Source of the DNA: an uncultured bacterium
GTDB taxonomy: Bacteria; Hydrothermota; Tepidihabitantia; Tepidihabitantales; JBDRVQ01
Length of the DNA stretch: 58,347 bases
Direction of reading: 5' to 3'
Assembly (NCBI GenBank): GCA_964425275.1
Contig: CAYRLZ010000060.1
Location: 1-58,347, forward strand
Shown here: one piece after another, positions 28,435-37,105 of the stretch
How the letters are laid out: every line of letters begins with the position of its first letter
Position numbering within the stretch: the stretch's first letter is position 1
Notes under the pieces: generated by a model
What the model was told of the DNA's origin: nothing
What the model saw: the letters and a program-made list of their open reading frames with translations, nothing else
The model's database searches: none
Translations under genes and position numbers: made by a program

Positions 28435-29361
28435 TTATTGCCCCAAAGCGAACATTTCTTTTATTGTCTTAAAAGATTCCTTAACGAACCAAGGGAATTT
28501 CCCATAAGAGGCATACCAGGTTTTTAACCATTCTCTTGTCTCTTTATCACCGGGATTACCACTACCAATTGTCATTCCGGCAATCTGATATTTAGGATTT
28601 CTCTTTATTTCTTCAATTACCTTCTCTCGGAATCTTTTGGATACGATGGCGGCCGTCTTTACCTCCAGATATTTCTCATCAGCATTTTTTTCAATAATAA
28701 CCTCGGTTCCTTTCTTTTTGAGTAAATCCAAGTCCCTTCGGAATAACGCACCGATTTGGTAATCATCAAGGACGAGGCGAAGATTTTCGATTCGGGTATT
28801 ATTTTTTAGTAAGCGGTTGATAATCTTCTGATAACCGCGGTCAATTAGGCGATTGAGATTATATTTATCAATCTGGCGGGGTTGGAGTTCTTGGTTGATA
28901 TAGATAAATCCCTTTTCTTTAAGTTTAATCAGTTTCTCAAAGATTCTATCCCAGTAGGCAAAACTCCGCTTCTTTTTCGTATCAGCTGGTCCGATGATTG
29001 AGTCAATACTTGGGAAAATCTCAGCCGGGAATAGGACCCCGGTCAGAATGGTTGGTCCGATAATCTCTCCCTTACCCGTTTCATCAAGTCCAAGAAGAAA
29101 GTCCTTTGTTGGTAAGATATATTTCGGACCAGCAATGGCCGCGATTTTTGACCAGATGGTAATGACCTTTGAGTCATTAGAGGGGGGGGAATAGAGGGTT
29201 CCTTTTTTATAATAGATTAAAGTCGCATCAAAGAATTTAACCCGCCACACTTCATAAGGGTTTTTTATTGCCTCTTCCCACCCTCCTTTTTTAAGGAGAT
29301 AATTTTTAATCCTCTCGGCGATTGCCCCTTTAACTTTCTGCCAGGTTCTTCCGCTATGCAT
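28435..29361 (-). CDS. rnhC: Ribonuclease HIII-like
   Basis: GLDETGKGEIIGP (the DE.GKG motif of RNase HII/HIII), about 300 aa, with an extra N-terminal domain. Confidence 0.7.
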   Translation of the reverse strand: MHSGRTWQKVKGAIAERIKNYLLKKGGWEEAIKNPYEVWRVKFFDATLIYYKKGTLYSPPSNDSKVITIWSKIAAIAGPKYILPTKDFLLGLDETGKGEIIGPTILTGVLFPAEIFPSIDSIIGPADTKKKRSFAYWDRIFEKLIKLKEKGFIYINQELQPRQIDKYNLNRLIDRGYQKIINRLLKNNTRIENLRLVLDDYQIGALFRRDLDLLKKKGTEVIIEKNADEKYLEVKTAAIVSKRFREKVIEEIKRNPKYQIAGMTIGSGNPGDKETREWLKTWYASYGKFPWFVKESFKTIKEMFALGQ

Positions 29362-29374
29362 ATTTTATTTTTCA

Positions 29375-29403
29375 ATTATAGGGAGAGAATTGATAGCCGT
29401 CAA
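29375..29403 (-). promoter_or_regulatory. sigma70-type promoter 13 nt upstream of the rnhC ATG
   Basis: Minus strand: TTGACG, 17 nt, TATAAT. Confidence 0.6.
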
Positions 29404-29636
29404 CTATAATATACGATGCCTGGAGTTTCCCCAAAAATTAGAGGTAAATTTAAGTAAGTCTTTGGTATTTCGAAAGATAAGAAAATCATTCTCTTGTTTT
29501 TAGAGGGAAGCTCCTTCCCCAAAATTTATGCCAAAACCGTATTTCCGTCCCTTTTTGTATTAAAATTTAGTGAAACACTTTGAGCGGATTTTTACTCTAT
29601 ATTTAGATATGAGAAAAAGGCTAATTTTATTAAGTA

Positions 29637-29808
29637 TTGTTAAATCAATAACTTATATTTTTTGGCAATTTATATCGGGAGGTAAAAATGAAAGGATTAA
29701 ACTGACACCTAAGGCGTAAAGCGTAGAGCGTTAAACGTATAGCGTATTTTCTAATTCGCACCGCAGGGGATTTTTCTTTTTGGAAAGGGGGGAGTGCTAC
29801 AGGGGGTG
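29637..29808 (+). other. A2 leader/head
   Basis: TTGTTAAATCAATAACTTATATTTTTTGG (29637-29665). Five GCGTA-like heptads (29713-29746). GGGGATTTTTCTTTTTGGAAAGGGGGGAGTGCTACAGGGGGT (29766-29808) is homologous to the A1 head. Confidence 0.55.
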
Positions 29809-30024
29809 CTATTCGGGATGGTATTAAATGCCCTATTTTCTACCCTATTCTCTTGCCTATTCGGAATTCTATTCGGTAGCCTATTCTCTTGCCTATTGGT
29901 AATTCTATTCTTTATCCTATTGAGCGTTCTATTCCCTTTCCTATTAGGAGTTCTATTCTCGGTCCTATTGGGGATGCTATTGTGAGTTCTATTCTCTTTC
30001 CTATTCTATGTTCTATTCTTGGAG
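29809..30024 (+). repeat. Array A2: 18 phased 12-nt units with core CTATT
   Basis: CTATT (once GTATT) occurs at 29809 + 12n for n = 0..17. Collinear with A1. Confidence 0.9.
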
Positions 30025-30071
30025 AAGTAGAGAATTTAATTCTGATTTATTTTATTATGGATAATTGAAGA

Positions 30072-31100
30072 TTAAGGTAATTTATCGCCCGCCAGTTGCC
30101 CACAGCCGGCTAAAATATCAGTTCCCCGACTTTTTCTAACCGTTATGATGTAGGGGAATATCTGGTAAAGAAGACCAGCAAATCGTTCTATTTCTCTTTT
30201 GGTCGGCGCCTTAAAATCACATCCGGGAAAAGGATTAAAGGGAATGAGATTTATCTTGCTCGGGATTCCTTTTAAGGTCTTTGCCAAAAGCCGAGCATCG
30301 GCTTCACTATCGTTCAAACCTTTAATTAAGACATACTCAAATGTCACCCGCTTCTTTTTCTGTTTGACATAATAATGTAGGGACTTCATCAACTCCGCGA
30401 TTGGGTATTTTTCATTTATCGGGATAAGAAAGCTACGGATTTCGTCTCTTGGTGAATTTAGTGAGACCGCTAACTTCACATTCTCTGGAGAATCGGCTAA
30501 CTCGTAAATCTTGTCAATGATGCCTACCGTGGAGATAGTTATCTTTCGTTGACCAATCTTAAACCCGAAATTGGAACTTAAAATCTTAACCGCCTTTATC
30601 ACTTCGTCTAAGTTTAGGAGTGGTTCGCCCATTCCCATAAAGACGATATTGGTCACCTTACCGACTATTTTTTTTATCATCAGTACCTGTTCGCTAATCT
30701 CATAAAATTTAAGGTTTCTTTTGAAACCAATTCTCGCGGTATAACATAATTTACAGCCCAAGGGACAGCCGACCTGGGAAGAGAGGCAGACGGTTTTTCG
30801 GTCCTCTTCGGGGATAAAGACCGATTCGATCTTATGACCGTCAGGAAGGGAAAAGAGAAATTTTTGGGTTTTGTCTTTTCCCTCAACTCTGCTCTCTAAT
30901 CTTAAAACCGGGATAGCAAAGTTATCTTTCAGAAATCTTCGCTTATTTTGAGCGATGTCGGTCATCGCCGAAAAATCTTCGGCGCCCTTTTGCCAGAGCC
31001 AGAGAAATATCTGGTTAGCCAAATAGGGTTTATAACCCCAGTCTCTTACCGCGGCTCGGAGTTCTTCCAGGGTAAAGGATTTAATTAACTTCTTGGCCAC
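30072..31100 (-). CDS. rlmN: 23S rRNA/tRNA (adenine-C2)-methyltransferase RlmN (radical SAM)
   Basis: CPLGCKLC radical-SAM cluster motif and MGMGEPL. GTG start. Confidence 0.9.
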   Translation of the reverse strand: MAKKLIKSFTLEELRAAVRDWGYKPYLANQIFLWLWQKGAEDFSAMTDIAQNKRRFLKDNFAIPVLRLESRVEGKDKTQKFLFSLPDGHKIESVFIPEEDRKTVCLSSQVGCPLGCKLCYTARIGFKRNLKFYEISEQVLMIKKIVGKVTNIVFMGMGEPLLNLDEVIKAVKILSSNFGFKIGQRKITISTVGIIDKIYELADSPENVKLAVSLNSPRDEIRSFLIPINEKYPIAELMKSLHYYVKQKKKRVTFEYVLIKGLNDSEADARLLAKTLKGIPSKINLIPFNPFPGCDFKAPTKREIERFAGLLYQIFPYIITVRKSRGTDILAGCGQLAGDKLP

Positions 31101-31109
31101 TAAGAGTTT

Positions 31110-32285
31110 CTATTCCTCACGGGTGGCAAAGTTGAGCACTAACCCTAATAGGATAAAGTTGGCTAAGAGAGAAGAACCACCATAGGAGATAAAGGGTAAG
31201 GTGATACCGGTCACCGGCAGGATTCCTAAGACCATACTGATATTTACGGTGATATGATAGAGAAAGAGCCCTAAGGCACCGGCAATGATGAGAAGGGTTG
31301 TCTCATCTCGGATTAACCGGATGAGTTGCAAGAGATTGTGGATAAAGAAGAGAAATAAACTGATTAAGATGAGTGAACCGAAAAGCCCAAATTCTTCGCC
31401 GATGGTGGTAAAGATAAAATCGGTATGCCGATTGGGGATAAATTCCAAGCGCGCCATCTTTCCTTTAAGATAGCCCTTGCCGAATAAAAGACCGGAGCCA
31501 ATTGCGACCTTTGATTGAAAGGTACTCCAACCAATTCCTTTGGTGTCAAAGGAAGGGGAGAGGAAGCCTAAAATCCGCGCCTTTTGATAGTCTTTTAAGC
31601 ACTTAAAGAAAAGGGGGGTGAAAAGACCAAAGAGGGAGTTGATGCCTAAACTAATCAGAAATTGGGAGAGGTTGGCCTTTAAGTAGAGAATGAGGCAGAG
31701 AAAAGAGAAATAGATTATCCAACTGATAAAGGATAGCCCAAAAAGGAGAGAAAAGAGCGGGGAGAAGAGGAGGAAGATTTCAAAGGGACGAATCCCCTTA
31801 AAATAAAGGACAGCGGCAAAGATGGCAAAAAAGGAGAGGGAAGAACCCAGGTCCGGTTGGGTTAAGACTAAAGAAAAAGGCAAAAGGATAATTAAGGCCG
31901 GGGTGAAGAGTGAGGAAAAGGAGAAGGAAAACTTCTTTTTATCTTTGACCACCCGGGCTAAAAAGAGAATGGTGAAGACCTTAGCTAATTCCGAAGGCTG
32001 GAGGCTTAATTGACCGATTGTTATCCACCTCTTCACCTCACCTTGGTTTAAGAGAAGAGTAATTAAAAGTAAAAGGATAGAAAGGATATAAAGAAGCGGA
32101 GAGAGACTAATGAGAATCCTCTTTTCCGTCCGATAGGCAAAGAAAAAAATTGGCAAGGCGATAAGTAGCCAGAGGAGTTGGCGAAAGAGATAGGTCCGAC
32201 CACTGGCACTATAAATCGCTAAAAGGCCAATGCCGGTTAAGAGGAGGGCTAAAAGGAAGATAGTTCTAAATCTCGTCCGACGCAT
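31110..32285 (-). CDS. rodA: Rod shape-determining SEDS protein RodA
   Basis: FtsW/RodA/SpoVE-type polytopic protein located directly downstream of mrdA. Confidence 0.9.
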   Translation of the reverse strand: MRRTRFRTIFLLALLLTGIGLLAIYSASGRTYLFRQLLWLLIALPIFFFAYRTEKRILISLSPLLYILSILLLLITLLLNQGEVKRWITIGQLSLQPSELAKVFTILFLARVVKDKKKFSFSFSSLFTPALIILLPFSLVLTQPDLGSSLSFFAIFAAVLYFKGIRPFEIFLLFSPLFSLLFGLSFISWIIYFSFLCLILYLKANLSQFLISLGINSLFGLFTPLFFKCLKDYQKARILGFLSPSFDTKGIGWSTFQSKVAIGSGLLFGKGYLKGKMARLEFIPNRHTDFIFTTIGEEFGLFGSLILISLFLFFIHNLLQLIRLIRDETTLLIIAGALGLFLYHITVNISMVLGILPVTGITLPFISYGGSSLLANFILLGLVLNFATREE

Positions 32286-32305
32286 AACTGATTCAAGGCG
32301 AGAGA

Positions 32306-34069
32306 TTAATCTAAGTTAAAATAACGGCGGAATATTCTTTGGGCAATTGGTGCGGCATAGGTGCCACCGGCTCCGACATTTTCAATTAAGACCAAGACAA
32401 CTAGGGTTGGATTTCCTTTTGGTCCGTAACCACAGAACCAGGCATGGTCAGGTCCAGCCGGATTTTGCGCGGTTCCAGTTTTACCGCAAATCGTAATCTC
32501 TGGAATAAAAGCCGCCTGACCGGTTCCCCGCTCCACACCAAAGTATAACCCATCTTCAATAACCCTGAGATATTCCTGAGGAAGCGATATCTGCCTTTTT
32601 TGGGGATAATAGATATAGGTTGTATCATTACCGTTTGGCACCGGTCGGAAATTAGGCAGTGAGTCCAAAAACGGTGGGTGGTAAATTCGGGAGGGGAATT
32701 TTATTGAGTCAACAAGATGGGGTTGATAAATCTCGCCCGAACGAGCAATTGCACAATAGAAAAGGACTAATTGCAGTGGTGTGACTAAAATCTCTCCCTG
32801 ACCAATTGATAGATTTAAGACAATCCCCTTGGGGTATTTCCCCGAAAATTTTTTCTGCAGATATTCTGGAGTTGGGAGATTCCCTCCGCTTTCTTCTGGG
32901 AGGTCAATGCCGGTCTTTTTCCCAAAAGGAAATTCCTGAGCCATTTGGACAATCGCCTCTAAACCAGTAGCCAGCCCGGCCTGATAGAAATAGGTATTGC
33001 AGGATTGGGCAATGGCGTCAACCAGATTTAGGCTACCGTGGCTAGTCCAGCAACGAAAATATCTATTGCCAAATTTATAACTACCAGCACAGGGTTGAAA
33101 GCGACGATTTTTGTCTAAAACCCCCTTTTTCATTCCCGCCAGCGCCACCAGTGGCTTAAAGGTAGAACCCGGTGGGAATTGGGCCTGGGTTGCCCGATTA
33201 AAGAAAGGCTTTAAGGGATTATTTTTTACCACTTCCCACTTCTCTTTCAAGAGGGGAAAAAGAAAGAGGTTAGGGTCAAAATGAGGTTTGGAATAGAGGA
33301 GGACGACCCGGCCATCATTGGGGTTCAGGGCAATACAACAGCCTTTTTTATAATTGGCAAATAACGATTCGCAAAGAAGAAAGAGGTCAAGGTCTAAACT
33401 GAGATAAAGGTCACAGCCGGCAATTGGTCTAATCTCTTTCACCTCCGGTAGATTGCCAATTTCCCTCCCCCGGGCATCCACCTCCACCAGCCGCATACCG
33501 TCCTTACCCTTTAGGCATTTTTCGTATTCCTTTTCTATACCTTGCTTTCCCAAAAAATCATCAATCCGATAGGTGGTATCTCTTTCTAATTCTTCTCGGG
33601 TAATTTTATTTAAGAAGCCCAGGGGATGAGAAAGAATTGGGTAGGGGTAATAGCGCAAGGGCTTCACATCCAAACTTATCCCACGCCGCGAGATTAACCG
33701 TTCTTCAATTGTTAGGACTTTTTCCTTTGGGAGGTTGGAGATTATTTCAACCGGTGTCCAGGAGTTATTTCCGGAAATTGAATTAAAATCAATTGGCAAG
33801 AGATGTTGTAATTCCCGGAGGGCGATGGAATCAACCTCGCGGGGGATAATGGAAAGTGAGAAGGAAGGTTTCACATCGGCAACGATTCGCCCCCGGCGGT
33901 CAAATATTCTTCCCCGGGGCGCCTTCAAATATTGCCGCCGAATACTCTGAAAGTTAGAAAAACGATGGTATCTTGGACCAGCGATTACCTGGAGATAGGT
34001 GAGTCGGATGGTAAATAAGAGAGATAGCCCAAGGGAGAGATAAAAGAATGTCTTTAACCGCTTGGTCAT
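32306..34069 (-). CDS. mrdA: Penicillin-binding protein 2 (elongation transpeptidase)
   Basis: STFKP active-site motif (PPGSTFKPL), an SxN motif and KTGTA. Confidence 0.9.
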   Translation of the reverse strand: MTKRLKTFFYLSLGLSLLFTIRLTYLQVIAGPRYHRFSNFQSIRRQYLKAPRGRIFDRRGRIVADVKPSFSLSIIPREVDSIALRELQHLLPIDFNSISGNNSWTPVEIISNLPKEKVLTIEERLISRRGISLDVKPLRYYPYPILSHPLGFLNKITREELERDTTYRIDDFLGKQGIEKEYEKCLKGKDGMRLVEVDARGREIGNLPEVKEIRPIAGCDLYLSLDLDLFLLCESLFANYKKGCCIALNPNDGRVVLLYSKPHFDPNLFLFPLLKEKWEVVKNNPLKPFFNRATQAQFPPGSTFKPLVALAGMKKGVLDKNRRFQPCAGSYKFGNRYFRCWTSHGSLNLVDAIAQSCNTYFYQAGLATGLEAIVQMAQEFPFGKKTGIDLPEESGGNLPTPEYLQKKFSGKYPKGIVLNLSIGQGEILVTPLQLVLFYCAIARSGEIYQPHLVDSIKFPSRIYHPPFLDSLPNFRPVPNGNDTTYIYYPQKRQISLPQEYLRVIEDGLYFGVERGTGQAAFIPEITICGKTGTAQNPAGPDHAWFCGYGPKGNPTLVVLVLIENVGAGGTYAAPIAQRIFRRYFNLD

Positions 34070-34518
34070 GGGGCAAAGAAGGTACGGTGGGTGATTTTTC
34101 TTATCAGTTTCGTAAAGGGGATTGCCAAGATAAGGGTGAGAACCAATTTTATAAGATGGAAGCCACCCAAAAGACCTTTTAAGAGTAAAGAGAAAAAGAG
34201 GATTAAAAGAAGATAGAAATAAGAAGGGATTAGGTAGTTTTTTAAAGAACTTAAAGCAAAAGATAATAGGGTGAAAAAGAGAGAATAGCGACCAAAAAAT
34301 GAAGGTAGGAGATGGTCAGATAAGAACCCCAAAAAGAAACCAAGTAAAGAGGCAATCAAGGGTGAAAAGGTCAGGGAGGATAAGATGAGAAAGATGAGAG
34401 AGAATTCTGGGCAATAGAAAGGAAAGATAGTTTCTATAGTAAAAAAGAGATAAAGCAGAATAAAGGTAAGAATGAGATAGAGAGGAGAGATTTCCTTTTT
34501 CTCTATGTCCCGAAGCAT
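34066..34518 (-). CDS. mreD: Rod shape-determining protein MreD
   Basis: Small polytopic membrane protein between mreC and mrdA. Confidence 0.7.
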   Translation of the reverse strand: MLRDIEKKEISPLYLILTFILLYLFFTIETIFPFYCPEFSLIFLILSSLTFSPLIASLLGFFLGFLSDHLLPSFFGRYSLFFTLLSFALSSLKNYLIPSYFYLLLILFFSLLLKGLLGGFHLIKLVLTLILAIPFTKLIRKITHRTFFAP

Positions 34519-34534
34519 TGAATTGGAAAGTCCC

Positions 34535-35386
34535 TTATTTGATCTTTATGACATCGGGGATTTTTAGTTCCAGTTCTTTGATAATTCTTTCCATCTCGGT
34601 TTTCTCCAATGCCTTTTCCTTTCTCTCGGTCTTGGTGATTAGATAGACCGCATCAATTTTTAATAGGTCAACCACTGGTTGAATATCAACATCTAAGAAG
34701 AGTTCCTTGGTTGGGGTGATTTTTTTAATTAGGCCAACGATTAGACCCTTGGGGAATATTCCCCCTTCGCCGGCGGTTAATAAAGTATCACCAACTTTAA
34801 GGTCACAGTCCGAAGGGATATAGGCAAGTTTTATATCTTTGCCCGAGGCGGAGATGAGACCAAGGTAGCGAGTTCGCCAATTTAAGGTAGCAATTTTTAG
34901 ATAGGGGGAATGAAAGGTTTCAACGACCGAGAAGTGATCACCAGCCTTTATCACCTTACCCACAATCCCTTCGGGGACAACCGCTGGCTGATTTTCGTAG
35001 ACGCTGTCTCTTTTGCCTTTGTCAATGAGTAAAAAGCAACGTAAAGAGTGGTCGCGCCCGATTATATTAGCCCGCACCAAGGAGGCCGGGGAGGGTAATT
35101 CATATTCGGTCTTTTCCCATAGGGGAAACGAATCGGGAGTATTCGCCCTTTCTTTTAGGGCATTCCGGAGGTAGGCGATTTGGATATTTAGGGCGGTGAG
35201 TTTTTTTTCTAACTCGTCTCGTTTATCTTTTAATTCTCGGAGATAGAGGAGTCTACTTTTTATAGAGGAGGGCACAAAGAGGACAAATTTTTGGGTGAAG
35301 GAACTAAATTGGAGTTTCGTATTTTGGGGAAGAAAGAAGAGAACGGCCGCGATAATGATGAGGATAGAAGGAGACCATCTTCTCAT
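34535..35386 (-). CDS. mreC: Rod shape-determining protein MreC
   Basis: N-terminal TM segment, a coiled coil, and beta domains with the GIVGKV / GIFPKGL pattern. Confidence 0.85.
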   Translation of the reverse strand: MRRWSPSILIIIAAVLFFLPQNTKLQFSSFTQKFVLFVPSSIKSRLLYLRELKDKRDELEKKLTALNIQIAYLRNALKERANTPDSFPLWEKTEYELPSPASLVRANIIGRDHSLRCFLLIDKGKRDSVYENQPAVVPEGIVGKVIKAGDHFSVVETFHSPYLKIATLNWRTRYLGLISASGKDIKLAYIPSDCDLKVGDTLLTAGEGGIFPKGLIVGLIKKITPTKELFLDVDIQPVVDLLKIDAVYLITKTERKEKALEKTEMERIIKELELKIPDVIKIK

Positions 35387-35417
35387 TTACATTTTACGCC
35401 TCGGGCGTCAGGCATCA

Positions 35418-36458
35418 TTATTCGGTGGTTGGTAAGAATAATTTAGCGTATCTTCGGATGTCCTCTAAGATCTTCCCCGCGCCCAGGACAACACAGTCTA
35501 CTGGATTCTGGGGGATATGAACCGCAAGACCGGTCTCTTCGGAGATGAGGGTATCAATCCCTTTCAATAAAGAACCACCGCCGGCCATATAGATACCCCG
35601 GTCAACGATATCCGCGGCCAGTTCCGGTGGTGTTCTCTCTAAGGCTTGTCTTATTGCGTCAATTATTAAAGAGATTGGTTCTTCTAAGGCCTCTCTGATT
35701 TTGGAGGCGGTGACCTTTATCGTCTTGGGGATTCCGGAGACTAAGTCCCGCCCCTTTACCTCGCATTGTTCATCTTCACCGGTGGCGTAGGCCGAGGCAA
35801 TTTTAATCTTAACCATCTCCGCCATCTGTTCGCCAATTATTAAGTTGTAATTCTTCTTCACATAGTTGATAATTGCCTCATCCATTTCATCACCCGCCAC
35901 CCTTATGGAGATGGCGTTGACGATGCCAGAAAGGGCGATGACAGCAATTTCGGTTGTCCCGCCACCGATGTCAATTATCATACTGCCGGTTGGGTCTTCA
36001 ACGGGTAGTCCGACGCCCAGGGCCGCAGCAATCGGTTCCGAGACGAGATAAATCTCTCGGGCACCACAGGCCTCTACCGAATCCCGAACCGCGCGCTTTT
36101 CGACTCCGGTAATTCCGGAGGGCACGCAGATAACAACCCTGGGTCGCACAAACATCCGTTTCTTTTGAACCTTTTGGATAAAATAATGGAGCATCACCTC
36201 AACTAGTGCAAAGTCAGCAATCACCCCATCTTTCATTGGTCTAATTGCCCGCATCCCTTCCGGGGTTCTACCGAGCATCTTCTTTGCTTCCAATCCGACC
36301 GCGACCGGTTTGTGGTCTCGTTCTTCAATGGCGACGATTGATGGCTCGCGCAGGAGAATTCCCTTTTCCTTCACATAGATGAGGGTAGAGGAAGTGCCCA
36401 GGTCAATTGCCAGGTCATTAGAAAACCTTTCCTTAATATCTTTAAATAGTCCAAGCAT
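35418..36458 (-). CDS. mreB: Actin-like rod shape protein MreB
   Basis: DLGTSSTLIY, DIGGGTTE and other actin-fold motifs. Confidence 0.95.
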   Translation of the reverse strand: MLGLFKDIKERFSNDLAIDLGTSSTLIYVKEKGILLREPSIVAIEERDHKPVAVGLEAKKMLGRTPEGMRAIRPMKDGVIADFALVEVMLHYFIQKVQKKRMFVRPRVVICVPSGITGVEKRAVRDSVEACGAREIYLVSEPIAAALGVGLPVEDPTGSMIIDIGGGTTEIAVIALSGIVNAISIRVAGDEMDEAIINYVKKNYNLIIGEQMAEMVKIKIASAYATGEDEQCEVKGRDLVSGIPKTIKVTASKIREALEEPISLIIDAIRQALERTPPELAADIVDRGIYMAGGGSLLKGIDTLISEETGLAVHIPQNPVDCVVLGAGKILEDIRRYAKLFLPTTE

Positions 36459-36464
36459 TAGAAT

Positions 36465-36492
36465 AGAATAAGATAAATTTTTGATTTGTCAA
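36465..36492 (-). promoter_or_regulatory. Candidate promoter 6 nt upstream of the mreB ATG
   Basis: Minus strand: TTGACA, 16 nt, TATTCT. Confidence 0.45.
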
Positions 36493-36509
36493 CTACCCAA
36501 AAAGGTCGT

Positions 36510-36557
36510 GGTCAATATGTTCCTGAACGCTTTTAGAAGACTCTAAAATCTCCTCTT
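36510..36557 (-). promoter_or_regulatory. Conserved element R1 containing the perfect palindrome TTTTAGA-AGAC-TCTAAAA (36531-36548)
   Basis: About 80% identical by hand alignment to 40451-40497. Sits upstream of the mreB promoter. Confidence 0.45.
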
Positions 36558-36575
36558 CCGTAACTAAATAAAATA

Positions 36576-36906
36576 TTAGGGGCGGAAATAGAATTCGTAA
36601 TCATCAGTCTGATGAGACCTCTCGACGAAGGGATTATCTTTTGGATGCCCTTTGCGGATAATCTTTCTTTCTACTCAACATAATTATAGACCAAAAATGG
36701 GCAAGCCTTCTTTTTCCAAAACCCGTTTCTTTGGAGATTTTCTAAAAGTGTCGGCCGGGCAAATTCTTATTAAGGTCTCCTTTTTGACGGTAAGATAAGG
36801 TTTTAAGATAAAAACCGCCATAACTTGCTGCCTCCTTAATTTGCGTAAAGAATGTTTTACTCTTAATCTTCATTTTAACCGATTGCCAATTGGCACTCCA
36901 TACCAT
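36576..36906 (-). pseudogene. Decayed DDE (rve/integrase-core) transposase remnant
   Basis: Minus-strand fragments lie in different frames. One is MVWSANWQSVKMKIKSKTFFTQIKEAASYGGFYL (W-Q-x-D-like core start). The other is KGHPKDNPFVERSHQTDDYEFY (the P..NG.VERSH..D.EEFY signature). Stops and frameshifts lie between them. Confidence 0.45.
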
Positions 36907-36967
36907 CTTTATCTTATCCAAGATTTTATTGTAATCAAAGCATCATTATAGCCAAATGAAAAAGAAC

Positions 36968-36995
36968 TTGACAAGCGGTTTTATTCTATTATAGT
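36968..36995 (+). promoter_or_regulatory. sigma70-type promoter of tRNA-Leu
   Basis: TTGACA, 16 nt, TATAGT, ending 8 nt before the mature tRNA 5' end. Confidence 0.6.
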
Positions 36996-37003
36996 GAGAG
37001 TAA

Positions 37004-37087
37004 GCCGAGGTGGCGGAATTGGCAGACGCGCTAGGCTCAGGACTTAGTGGGTTTCCACCCGTAGGGGTTCAAATCCCCTCCTCGGCA
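37004..37087 (+). tRNA. tRNA-Leu (anticodon CAG), type II with a long variable arm; CCA not encoded
   Basis: Hand-folded cloverleaf. Acceptor GCCGAGG/CCTCGGC. Anticodon stem CTAGG/CTTAG with loop CTCAGGA. 15-nt variable arm. T arm AGGGG-TTCAAAT-CCCCT. Confidence 0.9.
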
Positions 37088-37105
37088 GTCCGACGGCTAT
37101 AAGAT

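Noticed and set aside
29794-29985. Track ORF encoding an (L-F-x-x)n hydrophobic 63-aa peptide across array A2.
   Set aside because: The same frame is closed by TAA in unit 3 of the collinear array A1. It has a GTG start with no usable SD spacing. No frame is conserved between copies.
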